Positions 9,086 through 18,155 of a DNA stretch of 64,000 bases are shown here, piece by piece. Position 1 is the first letter of the stretch. Each line of letters begins with the position of its first letter. Under the pieces are notes generated by a model. That model worked only from the letters and a program-made list of their open reading frames with translations, did not search any database and was not told where the DNA came from. The stretch lies in IMG/VR virus record IMGVR_UViG_3300042483_000604. One strand, written 5' to 3'. Made by a program: the position numbers and the translations under genes. Source of the DNA: a virus. Lineage: Duplodnaviria; Heunggongvirae; Uroviricota; Caudoviricetes.

Positions 9086-9937
9086 TTAGTTGAATAATTC
9101 GTCAAATTTATTTACTGTACTTTTGTTACCCTCTACTGCTGTTTCTAAAGTAAAGTCAGTTTTGTTACTTCCTAAAGCTTTGTCTAAGTCAGTTGGTTCT
9201 GCAGCTGCTGGAGCTGGAGCTACTGGTGCAATTGATTCTGCTGGAATGTTTGCTGGTGAAGCTACTTCTTCTCCTGGGTTCAAGTACTCTTGTAATTTTT
9301 TCTTGATGAATTCATAGTCGTACTGAGTTTGTACTTCTAAGGCATTTGGTTGTTCTTTTAACCATAAATCAACTTGTGTATTATCATCTGATAATGGAGT
9401 TTGTTTAGGTTTAATACGAACTGTAGTTGTTGGGAATTGACCTGGTCCTGCTGCTGGTGTGTTTTCAACAACCATATCCCATCCATTGATTACATCTGTG
9501 AAGTCTCCAATGTCTTCATCTTCTGCTAAAGCAAGTAATGCTTTGTAGATGTTAACTCCGAATGACCAAAGACGTACTCCTTTATCTTCTTCACCTCTTA
9601 CAATAACAGGAGCAAAAAATCTTGACTTAGGAGATAACTTTCCAGATAATGACCAGTTGTCTTTATCAGAAGTCTTTCTTAATTCTTTTACAAATTCTTC
9701 GATTGGATCTTGTTTGCCGTAATTCGACAATGACATCATAGGGAACTTTCCTATGTTGTAGTGTAGTTTCAATTCTGTGAAAGGATCTGCAGCGTTAAAT
9801 GCTGAAGGAACTATTCTAATTGTTGATTTTCCGTTTGCAGGTCTCCAATAGATTTTGTCGAAGTCTACTTTCTCACGGTCTTGATTTCCGGTGCTGTTTA
9901 GAGCGGCCAGTTTTGCTTTGATAGCATTAATGTCCAT
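9086..9937 (-). CDS. Single-stranded DNA-binding protein (T4 gp32-like)
   Basis: KIYWRP..GKSTIRIVP, PFTELKLHY, GVRLWSFG, DFTDVINGWD, acidic tail ending FDELFN; position next to the recombinase. Confidence 0.82.
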   Translation of the reverse strand: MDINAIKAKLAALNSTGNQDREKVDFDKIYWRPANGKSTIRIVPSAFNAADPFTELKLHYNIGKFPMMSLSNYGKQDPIEEFVKELRKTSDKDNWSLSGKLSPKSRFFAPVIVRGEEDKGVRLWSFGVNIYKALLALAEDEDIGDFTDVINGWDMVVENTPAAGPGQFPTTTVRIKPKQTPLSDDNTQVDLWLKEQPNALEVQTQYDYEFIKKKLQEYLNPGEEVASPANIPAESIAPVAPAPAAAEPTDLDKALGSNKTDFTLETAVEGNKSTVNKFDELFN

Positions 9938-10002
9938 AATGTAACTGATTTTAATTAAAACTTTTATCTATATAATATAAGAAGAATATTTTAGTATTCC
10001 AA

Positions 10003-10458
10003 CTATAATTCTATTATTCTAAATAATTTTGTGTTGACTCTTTTCAATTCTGCTCCTTTTGTTAATAGTATACAGTTTTGATAGTCATTCCAATTCACCT
10101 TGTAGTTTGTATCTAAGATTCCTCCATTTAGAGATTCTATTAGACGGTTTAGTGAATTGATTGTGTATAGGGTATTTGATTCCTTTTTTCTATGTACTAA
10201 AATAGTATTTTCTAAGAAATTAGAAACGTTTCCAAATTCCACATTATATGTGCAAATATATTCGTCTTGGCTCTTTGAATAAAGAACGAAGATTTTATTA
10301 TAAATGATCTTGTATTTGGTCTGTATTGTACTTAATATCCCTTCTAATTGTTGTTCTGAAGAGAAAGTACAAAATAACTTATTGCTCATGTCGGCTGCAT
10401 TAAAATTGTATTCGATATCGTAATCGAACATTACTGGCGCTACATCATTTTGTATCAT
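10003..10458 (-). CDS. Conserved hypothetical phage protein
   Basis: ORF with NKLFCTF...HRKKESNTLYTINSLN; the true start may be an internal Met. Confidence 0.7.
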   Translation of the reverse strand: MIQNDVAPVMFDYDIEYNFNAADMSNKLFCTFSSEQQLEGILSTIQTKYKIIYNKIFVLYSKSQDEYICTYNVEFGNVSNFLENTILVHRKKESNTLYTINSLNRLIESLNGGILDTNYKVNWNDYQNCILLTKGAELKRVNTKLFRIIEL

Positions 10459-10477
10459 TTATAAATATGTTTTTATT

Positions 10478-11803
10478 TTATAAAACTAAGTTATTACTGT
10501 ATTTGAATTTTATAGGGTATTTTCCTCCCTGATTCATTATCTTTTCTAAGGATTCTAATGTTTCTTTTCCGTCTGATTTATCGAAGTCAAATACAAAGGC
10601 ATCATAAGTATATAGTGCTAGCTTGCTTTCTTTATTTTGAAGGAACATAAGCACATCTTTTAATATAAGAATATTTCTTGAGGTTTCCAAGCTTTGCATC
10701 ATATAGTTCATAAGCTTCTGAGGATGCATATCTGGAAGGTCTTGTGTGAATCTTTTTCCTGATATTGGATCTTCTACATATCCTTGTTCTTTAAATTGCT
10801 TCCAAAGACCGTTTATATAATTCTGAATCTTATCGAAGATTTCTAGGAAAGCATATTCAGGTGGAATCTTTCCATAAATGGCATGAAAGTTAATTTGTTT
10901 TGCTTTTGCATATTCATCTTCAGCTATTTCATCTTTACCGAAGTAAAGTCTAGCCAATTGAACGTGAGCTGATTCGTCTGTTAATTCATATCCTATTTGT
11001 TCGCATAATAGTCTTAAATGATATCCATCAAAGTCCATTTCTACAAATACATCGTTCTGAGGAATGATTGCTTTTCTAAATTCAGGTGCTTTTGGTATTG
11101 CTGCAAAATTTACTGAGTTAAAAGCATTTGTTGGACGAGAAGTCGTATTATATAGATTGTACGAAGTATAAATAATATTATTATCAATACTATAAACAGG
11201 ATTACTTGGTTTAAATAATTCTAGAAAGGATTGGTAGGTTACTCTTAAACCGGTTCTCTCAATCATAAAGAAAACAGACGTTGCAGTTTTATTGTAGAAA
11301 TCAAAGCCATTGGGTATTGCAATCTGCAATATCTTTTGTAATGATTTATAATTCTCTTCACATTTCTCAAATAACTTTGATATTGGAATTATAGCATTTA
11401 TTTCTTTAAAATCATGAAAGCGATTATAATACCAATTACAAGTTGAATTAGATCTTGGAAGTTCTAGTCTATTATAAGAAGTCATTGAATAAAGTAAAGA
11501 AAGATCTATAACATTCGGTAATACAAAGTGATACATCAATTCTTTCTTGTCAAATGTATAAAGTGTTGTGTATGCTTTTAGAATATCAGAGACACAATCT
11601 TTCGTTACGTTTAATCCTTCGTCATGACTTATTGGAATAATATAACCTTCGTAATGATCTAAAGGTCTTACATAGACTGCTACGGTAGTGGTAAGAAGTG
11701 GATGGTAGTTATCGTTTGAAGAAATAACTTCTACATAACCTCCTTTCTTTCCTAAGTCTTTTAGAAGCTCAATTTGCTCCTCTGTCTCTACTATATAAAA
11801 CAT
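10478..11803 (-). CDS. Short family A DNA polymerase-like protein
   Basis: IERTGL, motif A EMDFDGYHLRLL, motif B AKQINFHAIYG, motif C LYTYDAFVFD; degenerate N-terminal exonuclease-like region. Confidence 0.8.
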   Translation of the reverse strand: MFYIVETEEQIELLKDLGKKGGYVEVISSNDNYHPLLTTTVAVYVRPLDHYEGYIIPISHDEGLNVTKDCVSDILKAYTTLYTFDKKELMYHFVLPNVIDLSLLYSMTSYNRLELPRSNSTCNWYYNRFHDFKEINAIIPISKLFEKCEENYKSLQKILQIAIPNGFDFYNKTATSVFFMIERTGLRVTYQSFLELFKPSNPVYSIDNNIIYTSYNLYNTTSRPTNAFNSVNFAAIPKAPEFRKAIIPQNDVFVEMDFDGYHLRLLCEQIGYELTDESAHVQLARLYFGKDEIAEDEYAKAKQINFHAIYGKIPPEYAFLEIFDKIQNYINGLWKQFKEQGYVEDPISGKRFTQDLPDMHPQKLMNYMMQSLETSRNILILKDVLMFLQNKESKLALYTYDAFVFDFDKSDGKETLESLEKIMNQGGKYPIKFKYSNNLVL

Positions 11804-11834
11804 TTATTATAACCTTTTCTTTAATATAAGAAAA

Positions 11835-11856
11835 AAGGCCTGCAAAAGCAAGCCTT
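11835..11856 (-). terminator. Rho-independent terminator
   Basis: Minus strand AAGGCTTGC-TTTT-GCAGGCCTT followed by a T run, right after the 11861 stop; separates the structural and replication genes. Confidence 0.75.
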
Positions 11857-11860
11857 ATTT

Positions 11861-12832
11861 TTATTCTTTTGTATCGAAATTTGCCTTTCGAGAATTTTCT
11901 AAATCTACTAGCGGATCCTTTACTGTTGTTGTAAATGTGTCTGGAGTGATTATCTGTTTAGGACGTGTTGGTGGTACAAGGTACGCAAAGTCTCTTACAA
12001 CCCTACTAATACCTGGCATTTGTTTTTCCAATGCAACTACTGTATTAAGATTCTTAGTTGCTGCTCCTTCATACTTGTAGTTACCAAACATTATATCTTC
12101 TGCTGGCTCTTGTATATTCCAAGGTACTTCTACATACCTTCTATTAGGCAATTGTTTTTTAAGCTCTACATAATCCGGTTTTGTTACTTCTACGATTTTT
12201 TGTGTTACTGGATCTTGTACAAAATATCTTTTCATCTCTCCCATTACAATTTCACTTGTAGTCGGCCTTTTTCTAATTACTCCTCCCTTTAATGCTTTAA
12301 GCAGTAATGGACTTAAGGTTGCAAAAGCTTCTCCTAGTAAATCAAAATCTCCTCTCTGTCTTACTTTCTCTAACTCTTCACCCATTTGCTCTGGAGAGCT
12401 TCCTGCGTAGTATTTCTTTTTGAAAGTCTCTATATAACTTCCTGTGTAAGCTTCTCCTGTTGATTTAATAATAAATTCTCCACCGTTAGTTGACTTAGGT
12501 TTTCTGTATCTAGATTTCGGCAAGTACCAAGCTCCTTTTCTCTTTACTTCTGGTGAAGGAGGAGGAGGTGCTGGCGGTGGCGGTGGAATGATTTCCGGTG
12601 TAGGGATAGGCGGTGGCGGTGTTAATTCATATCGTCTTGCAAAGTCTTTTGTTAATACTCCAAATTTTTCAGCTCTAAATAAAGCATCTCTTTCTGCAGT
12701 CTCAACTCCCATTGAAAGAGTATATAAATCCTGTGTAATTTCCACACCGTCGCCATAAGTAGTTACTATAATAGTATCTCTATTAATTCTGGATAATACT
12801 GTGAATTTATTTACCTGTATTTTCTCTGCCAT
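11861..12832 (-). CDS. Hypothetical protein with polyproline linker (baseplate-associated?)
   Basis: ORF following the hub gene; PPPPIPTPEIIPPPPPAPPPPSP stretch. Confidence 0.6.
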   Translation of the reverse strand: MAEKIQVNKFTVLSRINRDTIIVTTYGDGVEITQDLYTLSMGVETAERDALFRAEKFGVLTKDFARRYELTPPPPIPTPEIIPPPPPAPPPPSPEVKRKGAWYLPKSRYRKPKSTNGGEFIIKSTGEAYTGSYIETFKKKYYAGSSPEQMGEELEKVRQRGDFDLLGEAFATLSPLLLKALKGGVIRKRPTTSEIVMGEMKRYFVQDPVTQKIVEVTKPDYVELKKQLPNRRYVEVPWNIQEPAEDIMFGNYKYEGAATKNLNTVVALEKQMPGISRVVRDFAYLVPPTRPKQIITPDTFTTTVKDPLVDLENSRKANFDTKE

Positions 12833-12844
12833 ACTGCTTTATTA

Positions 12845-15655
12845 TTAAGCTGGTCCCCAGTATTCAAAATGCCATAACTCATCTACTCCGTTTACATCTG
12901 ATAGTCTCCAGGGGTTGTACCATCCGTGTTTAGCTCCTAGTGTAGCCATTTGTTTATAGATAGGTGTTTTTCTTCCATCTTGATTTCTCTTTGGATCGCC
13001 GCTTCCTCCTACAATTTGGTAAAGATTACCAAAGTCTAATGCTCCTCCCCATCCATGTGGCGATGAACCTGGTTTTGCTACAGTCTTACCTGAACCTAAT
13101 CCGGCTTGATGTACCTGACTTCTGTAAGCACTTGTTAATCTGTAGGAAATACCTGCTGCTTTCATATCTGCTTTCCAAGCTTTCCACGCTCTGGCTGCTG
13201 CTGGGTGTAGCATATATTCTGGTTGTCCTGTTGCAGGGTTCTTGTAATAACTCTTTGCTCCTCCGTCTCCTGTAAATACAAGCAGTTTAGTATTAGACTG
13301 GTTTAGTAGTCCATTCTGTCCTCCATTTGCCTTAGAGTTAGCAACAAGTGGTGCTGCATTGTAACTTCCTGCTCCTACTTTTTTAGGATTAATAACTGGT
13401 GCTGGGTCAGCTCCTGGTGTTATAGGTCCTGGTGGTGTATAGTTTGCTTCTGTTGCTGCTTCTGTTTTTGGAGAAGGTGCTGTGTATGGTGGTATTTGCT
13501 GTGGGGTTCTAGCTGCTTGCTGTAACTGTGCTAGTAAATAAAACTGTGTTGTTACTGAGGTTTCCCAAGTATTATTAGTTCCTACAGAATGTTCTAACCC
13601 TGTTATAATGTATCCAAATTTATCGTTATACTTGTCTGGTAAGATTCCTTTCGATATTCTAAAAGTTGAGGCTATTTTAAGTCCTCCAATTCCATCAAGT
13701 TTCAATGTAAGCTCAACCGGTATAATACCCGGTGCTGCATCTGTACCTGAGCCTGGTTTTCTTATTACGTTTTCTACTGTGTACTGTTGATGTTCTGTTT
13801 TTGAAGCGTTTAGCTCGTCTTTTTTATACCCTCCACCTTCGAAATCTGTAAAGAACTTTTTTATACTATCTTTCCAGTCTAGTAGATTTTTCTCTTCTTC
13901 CTCTTTTACTTCTGTTTCGTCTTTCTTATTTTTAGGTGTAACATCTTTAGTGACAATAATCCTATCTATAATATTAGGATTCCACTTCAGTATATTTTCT
14001 ACATTTTCAGTATAGTTCTGAGTTGTTCCTTGTGCTGCAATTGCTATTTGGGAGGCTGTTTCGTTACTTATCTTACTACTTATTCCTACTTCTCTAAAAA
14101 TACTGTCTATACCTACAAGGGTTAATTCTACAGGCGGTGATTTAGGTGTTAGGTTTCTATCTACTACATAGAATGTTCCTCCATTCTCTTCTTCGTCATA
14201 AGCTACGTCAAAATCGTTTATACCCCCTAATGCGTCAGCTAGTCCATCTAGTATACTCTTTAGTACATCTAGAAAACTTTTATTAAATTTTCCATCTGAG
14301 TCTAATGCTTCGTCGAATTTAGTTTTCAGGTAAGGTGTAGCAATAAGTATATTCAGTACATCTCTGTCTGCACCCTCTCCTAAAGACGTAATTGATCCAT
14401 GTACAGGTGCTAATACCCCCAATCCTTCATCATTAGGCACGATAAGTACACATACTGTAGGATCTGGTGAAAAATGTTTAGGGCCAGTTACGAACTCAGC
14501 ACGATTAGCAGGATCTATATTAAACTTAGTCATAGTAGCATTCTTACTTCCTGGTGCTTTTGTAAGGTCTTTTACTGCTACCCAATTATTATAAATGTCC
14601 AGAATAGTTCGTAAAGAAACCCAATGCATAGGTGTTTCTGTATCTGAAAACCAGCTATCGTCTATTTCAACTGCTGAGAAGAATATTGCAAACTCCTGTA
14701 AAGGGGTTGTAAATGTTGGTGCAATTCCCTGTAAACTTGGCTTAAGTACTAGGGTTGTTCCTTTTAGTGCAGCTAATTTAGCTAGAAAATAGTGAAAAAC
14801 ACTTTTTCTTTGTTCTTTTCCCGCTTCACTTTCTTTAGGTTCCATCTCACTTGGTGGGAACATATAAGATGGAGATGTTTTCATTGATATTGATTCTAAT
14901 ACCTCTCCTGCCGATGTAATACTAACTGTACAGTCGTACCCTCCATTTGAATTATAATTCCAAGAAAAATTCTTACAATAACCTACCATTCCGTCGTAGT
15001 TGTAATTACTCTTTTCCCGTACCTCCTTAATTGCGTCTGTTATATTAGACATTTCTTGATTACTTCTAAAGAATAATCCTGGTGATACTGTCTCTATGGT
15101 TTTCTGTAATTCTCCTGAGTTGTTAATGTACAGTGAATGTCCCCATTCAAGTAACATTGTAAATCCTGGTCTTAGGTAAAGTCTTTCCATTACTTCAAAC
15201 TCTTCTAAAGACCACACAGAAAAACTAACCTCTGCCTCTCTTAAAGTTCCGTAGGTATTTTTGGACTTAACAGTCATAGAGGTAATACCCCCCATAGGTC
15301 TATAACCTGTACTGGGTCTCAGTAGGTATGCTTTGTCCGAATTTACATTTCCTGAGGTATCTATTCCTTCTCTTAATCCACCACCTGGTCTTAGTACTCC
15401 TCCAAGAAGTACGTTATCTTTTGCTAAACCGTGACCTCCTCTTATATCTTTTCTTCCTTCTTGTCTTCTAAATTGAGCTACTTCTGCATCACTCAATGTA
15501 TTAACACCAGACGATAGCTTTACCCATCCAGTCTTAGCATTCATATACATCAAGTCATCATCAGTTCTACCTGATGTTTTACCTATGATTTTTTTTCTTG
15601 CTTCAAGCTGTTGTGCGACTCCTGAGCTTATTCCTGCTCCTATCTCTATTGCCAT
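12845..15655 (-). CDS. Baseplate hub-like protein with C-terminal M15B (VanY-like) peptidoglycan peptidase
   Basis: C-terminal LTSAYRS...PGSSPHGWGGALDF...ELWHFEY zinc-peptidase signature; position after the LysM/gpX-like gene and the tape measure. Confidence 0.75.
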   Translation of the reverse strand: MAIEIGAGISSGVAQQLEARKKIIGKTSGRTDDDLMYMNAKTGWVKLSSGVNTLSDAEVAQFRRQEGRKDIRGGHGLAKDNVLLGGVLRPGGGLREGIDTSGNVNSDKAYLLRPSTGYRPMGGITSMTVKSKNTYGTLREAEVSFSVWSLEEFEVMERLYLRPGFTMLLEWGHSLYINNSGELQKTIETVSPGLFFRSNQEMSNITDAIKEVREKSNYNYDGMVGYCKNFSWNYNSNGGYDCTVSITSAGEVLESISMKTSPSYMFPPSEMEPKESEAGKEQRKSVFHYFLAKLAALKGTTLVLKPSLQGIAPTFTTPLQEFAIFFSAVEIDDSWFSDTETPMHWVSLRTILDIYNNWVAVKDLTKAPGSKNATMTKFNIDPANRAEFVTGPKHFSPDPTVCVLIVPNDEGLGVLAPVHGSITSLGEGADRDVLNILIATPYLKTKFDEALDSDGKFNKSFLDVLKSILDGLADALGGINDFDVAYDEEENGGTFYVVDRNLTPKSPPVELTLVGIDSIFREVGISSKISNETASQIAIAAQGTTQNYTENVENILKWNPNIIDRIIVTKDVTPKNKKDETEVKEEEEKNLLDWKDSIKKFFTDFEGGGYKKDELNASKTEHQQYTVENVIRKPGSGTDAAPGIIPVELTLKLDGIGGLKIASTFRISKGILPDKYNDKFGYIITGLEHSVGTNNTWETSVTTQFYLLAQLQQAARTPQQIPPYTAPSPKTEAATEANYTPPGPITPGADPAPVINPKKVGAGSYNAAPLVANSKANGGQNGLLNQSNTKLLVFTGDGGAKSYYKNPATGQPEYMLHPAAARAWKAWKADMKAAGISYRLTSAYRSQVHQAGLGSGKTVAKPGSSPHGWGGALDFGNLYQIVGGSGDPKRNQDGRKTPIYKQMATLGAKHGWYNPWRLSDVNGVDELWHFEYWGPA

Positions 15656-15960
15656 TATCTTGATCTATTTACCTCGCTATATAACTGTAATATTCTTTCT
15701 TTATTAGCAGGAATTCGTAACTGTACACCTGGCTCTACTATTAGAGAGGCTCTTTCTGAGTTATTTGCAGATGCAATTATCCACCATAGAGTATGGTCGT
15801 TATAAAATTGCTGAGCTAATGTATCGTACCTGTCTCCTCCTGTTGATATAACATAAAAATCTTCTTCAGATAAAGGAACTTCGGGGTAAATAGCATTTAC
15901 CTTATACCTCACATTGTCTGTAGTTACTGTTTCTCTTATGTTTCTATATCTATCTGCCAT
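15655..15960 (-). CDS. Baseplate LysM/gpX-like protein
   Basis: YVISTGGDRYDTLAQQFYNDHTLWWIIASAN...GVQLRIP. Confidence 0.75.
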   Translation of the reverse strand: MADRYRNIRETVTTDNVRYKVNAIYPEVPLSEEDFYVISTGGDRYDTLAQQFYNDHTLWWIIASANNSERASLIVEPGVQLRIPANKERILQLYSEVNRSR

Positions 15961-15970
15961 TTATTTCTTT

Positions 15971-17890
15971 TTAAAAAAACGGTTTTGATCCGTTTAGAGG
16001 TGCTGGGCTTGTAAAGTAATGTTTTAATCCTGTTTGTGGAGCAAAATCGTGAATTGGTTTAAATGAAATACTACAATCTAAAGTCATTGGTAACTCTTGT
16101 TGATCATCATCTATTCCACCTTCCGGGTTTTGCATTGCTATCTCCCACATATAATCTGTTTGCCAAGTATACTTCACTGATGTTATTATACCTGGTATTT
16201 GACTAAAATACGAACCAATTGTCAGACGAGCAAGCGTACCTCTCATAAAATTTGATCCACCTCCATATGTTGGTGCTGTAGCTGATGCTAAATAAACCAT
16301 TTTTCTATAAAGAGGTTTCATTTCTGCTCTAGATTGAGCTGATATTTTAAACCCTACTGAGATATCTCTTTTAAATCCTTTGTATGTAAAGAATTCTTCT
16401 GCTCTACCTACGTATTGATGTGAATCCCAATCTCCTGAGTAACTATCATCTATACTGTCAATGTGTGCTCTAAAATGTAAAAACTTAGTTTCGTCTGGAG
16501 TTATTATTTCGAAATAAAACTTAGCTAAATCTCTTGCTGCATTTGTTCCATCTATTCTAGAGTTACTAACATCTAGAGCATTTAGTTCATCTATCTTATC
16601 TCTGTCTATAGTTGAATAACTAACTGCACCTGTATTCTTACCTTGATTTCCTAAATTAATTCTAGTTTCTTTATTAATTGTAGGACTTGAATAATTAAAA
16701 GAAGTTGGACCTGTTCTAAAATCACTTACATTTCTATTAACACTATTTGCATCAACAACTTTATCGTTACCTGAACCTGTTATAGGTCTACTTTTTATTT
16801 CAGAATTTGGACTTGTAAAATTTCTAAGAGGGATAGATCCTGCTGAAGCTCCAAGGACTGTCTCTTGTGTGGTGTTACCTGCATAGGTACTTCCGCTAGA
16901 GTACTTATTTTCTAAATTATTATCTTTAAAAGAAAATCCACTGCCCACCACATTTGTGTTAGGGATACTTTTTATTGTACTTTGAGGATTTTTTAAATCT
17001 CTATTAGGTGATGCAGTTGTTTCTATTCCAGGGATTGTCAGTGGAGTTCCTGTATTAGGACTAAGTATCTCAATTCCTGATACACTTACTATTGATCCTG
17101 AAGGCTTTACTCTTGTCCTATCGGTTATCTCTGGAGAGGAAAATTTACTCTGGCTAATTACGGTGTTATCATCTCTACTTACAAGATTTTCTCTTACTCC
17201 AAGACTTGTGTAGGGTCTCCACCCTTCTATTCCTACATTATCTTCTATTATAGAAGTACCTTGTTGAGAATATATTCTATTCTCTCCTTGAGGAATTGGT
17301 GAATTTATTTTTTCATCATAACCTAAACTACTGGTATTAATTAACTGATCTGTCTTTTCATCGTACATATCAGAATTAATATACATAGGTATTTGTGCAC
17401 CATTAAGTGCATAAGGTGCTCCCTCTACTCCTCCTGCTCCAAAGAAAGCAGCAAAACCTGATGGCTGTACTCCTTCTGGATCTGGACGTAAGTATGTATC
17501 TGTTCTAAATCCTTTTAAGAAATGCGTACCTGTTCCATTTACTGGAACTTGAGCTAGAGTTGATCCTACAATTTTAGCTGTACTTACTAAAGTATTTCCT
17601 GCTTGCTGTAAAACAGCTCCTACTGTGGTTTTTCCTTTTGACTTTGCCTTTTTTATTCTATCTCCAACATTTATCTGTTGAAGTAAAGCTTCGTTTCCTA
17701 GGTACTTTAATCCAGGACGGTCAATAAGCATTTGGGCAATACGGGAAGTGTCATCTATACGCTTAGTTATTTGCATACCCGTTTGATTACTAGAAGGAGG
17801 GTCGTTTACATCCTTAGTAATATAGGGTTTATCGCTTCCATAACGAAGACTTTTAAGGTCTGTCTGGAGATTTAATAGTCCGTTTGCCAT
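15971..17890 (-). CDS. Baseplate / tail-tube initiator-like protein
   Basis: C-terminal FRAHIDSIDDSYSGDW...YVGRAEEFFTYKGFKRDISVGFKI...LTIGSYF domain typical of tube-initiator proteins; position after the tape measure. Confidence 0.55.
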   Translation of the reverse strand: MANGLLNLQTDLKSLRYGSDKPYITKDVNDPPSSNQTGMQITKRIDDTSRIAQMLIDRPGLKYLGNEALLQQINVGDRIKKAKSKGKTTVGAVLQQAGNTLVSTAKIVGSTLAQVPVNGTGTHFLKGFRTDTYLRPDPEGVQPSGFAAFFGAGGVEGAPYALNGAQIPMYINSDMYDEKTDQLINTSSLGYDEKINSPIPQGENRIYSQQGTSIIEDNVGIEGWRPYTSLGVRENLVSRDDNTVISQSKFSSPEITDRTRVKPSGSIVSVSGIEILSPNTGTPLTIPGIETTASPNRDLKNPQSTIKSIPNTNVVGSGFSFKDNNLENKYSSGSTYAGNTTQETVLGASAGSIPLRNFTSPNSEIKSRPITGSGNDKVVDANSVNRNVSDFRTGPTSFNYSSPTINKETRINLGNQGKNTGAVSYSTIDRDKIDELNALDVSNSRIDGTNAARDLAKFYFEIITPDETKFLHFRAHIDSIDDSYSGDWDSHQYVGRAEEFFTYKGFKRDISVGFKISAQSRAEMKPLYRKMVYLASATAPTYGGGSNFMRGTLARLTIGSYFSQIPGIITSVKYTWQTDYMWEIAMQNPEGGIDDDQQELPMTLDCSISFKPIHDFAPQTGLKHYFTSPAPLNGSKPFF

Positions 17891-17897
17891 TTATTTT

Positions 17898-18122
17898 TTA
17901 TCCTGGTAGGTTATTCATATAAGGAAGTCCTTGTCCTGATGGAGACACTATTGGTACTTGTCCGTCTAAGTCTAAACTAGAAGGTGATTGATCAATCGCT
18001 GGTGTGTTATTGATTGATGATTGATTGTGTAGTGTTGAATTTGGATTAGCACTTGGTATAGTTGCTGGGGTTGTTCCCTGTAATCCTAAGTTCGATGATG
18101 GTAATAAGTCTAATAGTCCCAT
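17898..18122 (-). CDS. Small hypothetical virion protein
   Basis: ORF preceded by a TATTTATA box at 18142-18149. Confidence 0.55.
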   Translation of the reverse strand: MGLLDLLPSSNLGLQGTTPATIPSANPNSTLHNQSSINNTPAIDQSPSSLDLDGQVPIVSPSGQGLPYMNNLPG

Positions 18123-18155
18123 ATTAATTGTTTTAATTTATTATAAATAGTTTAT

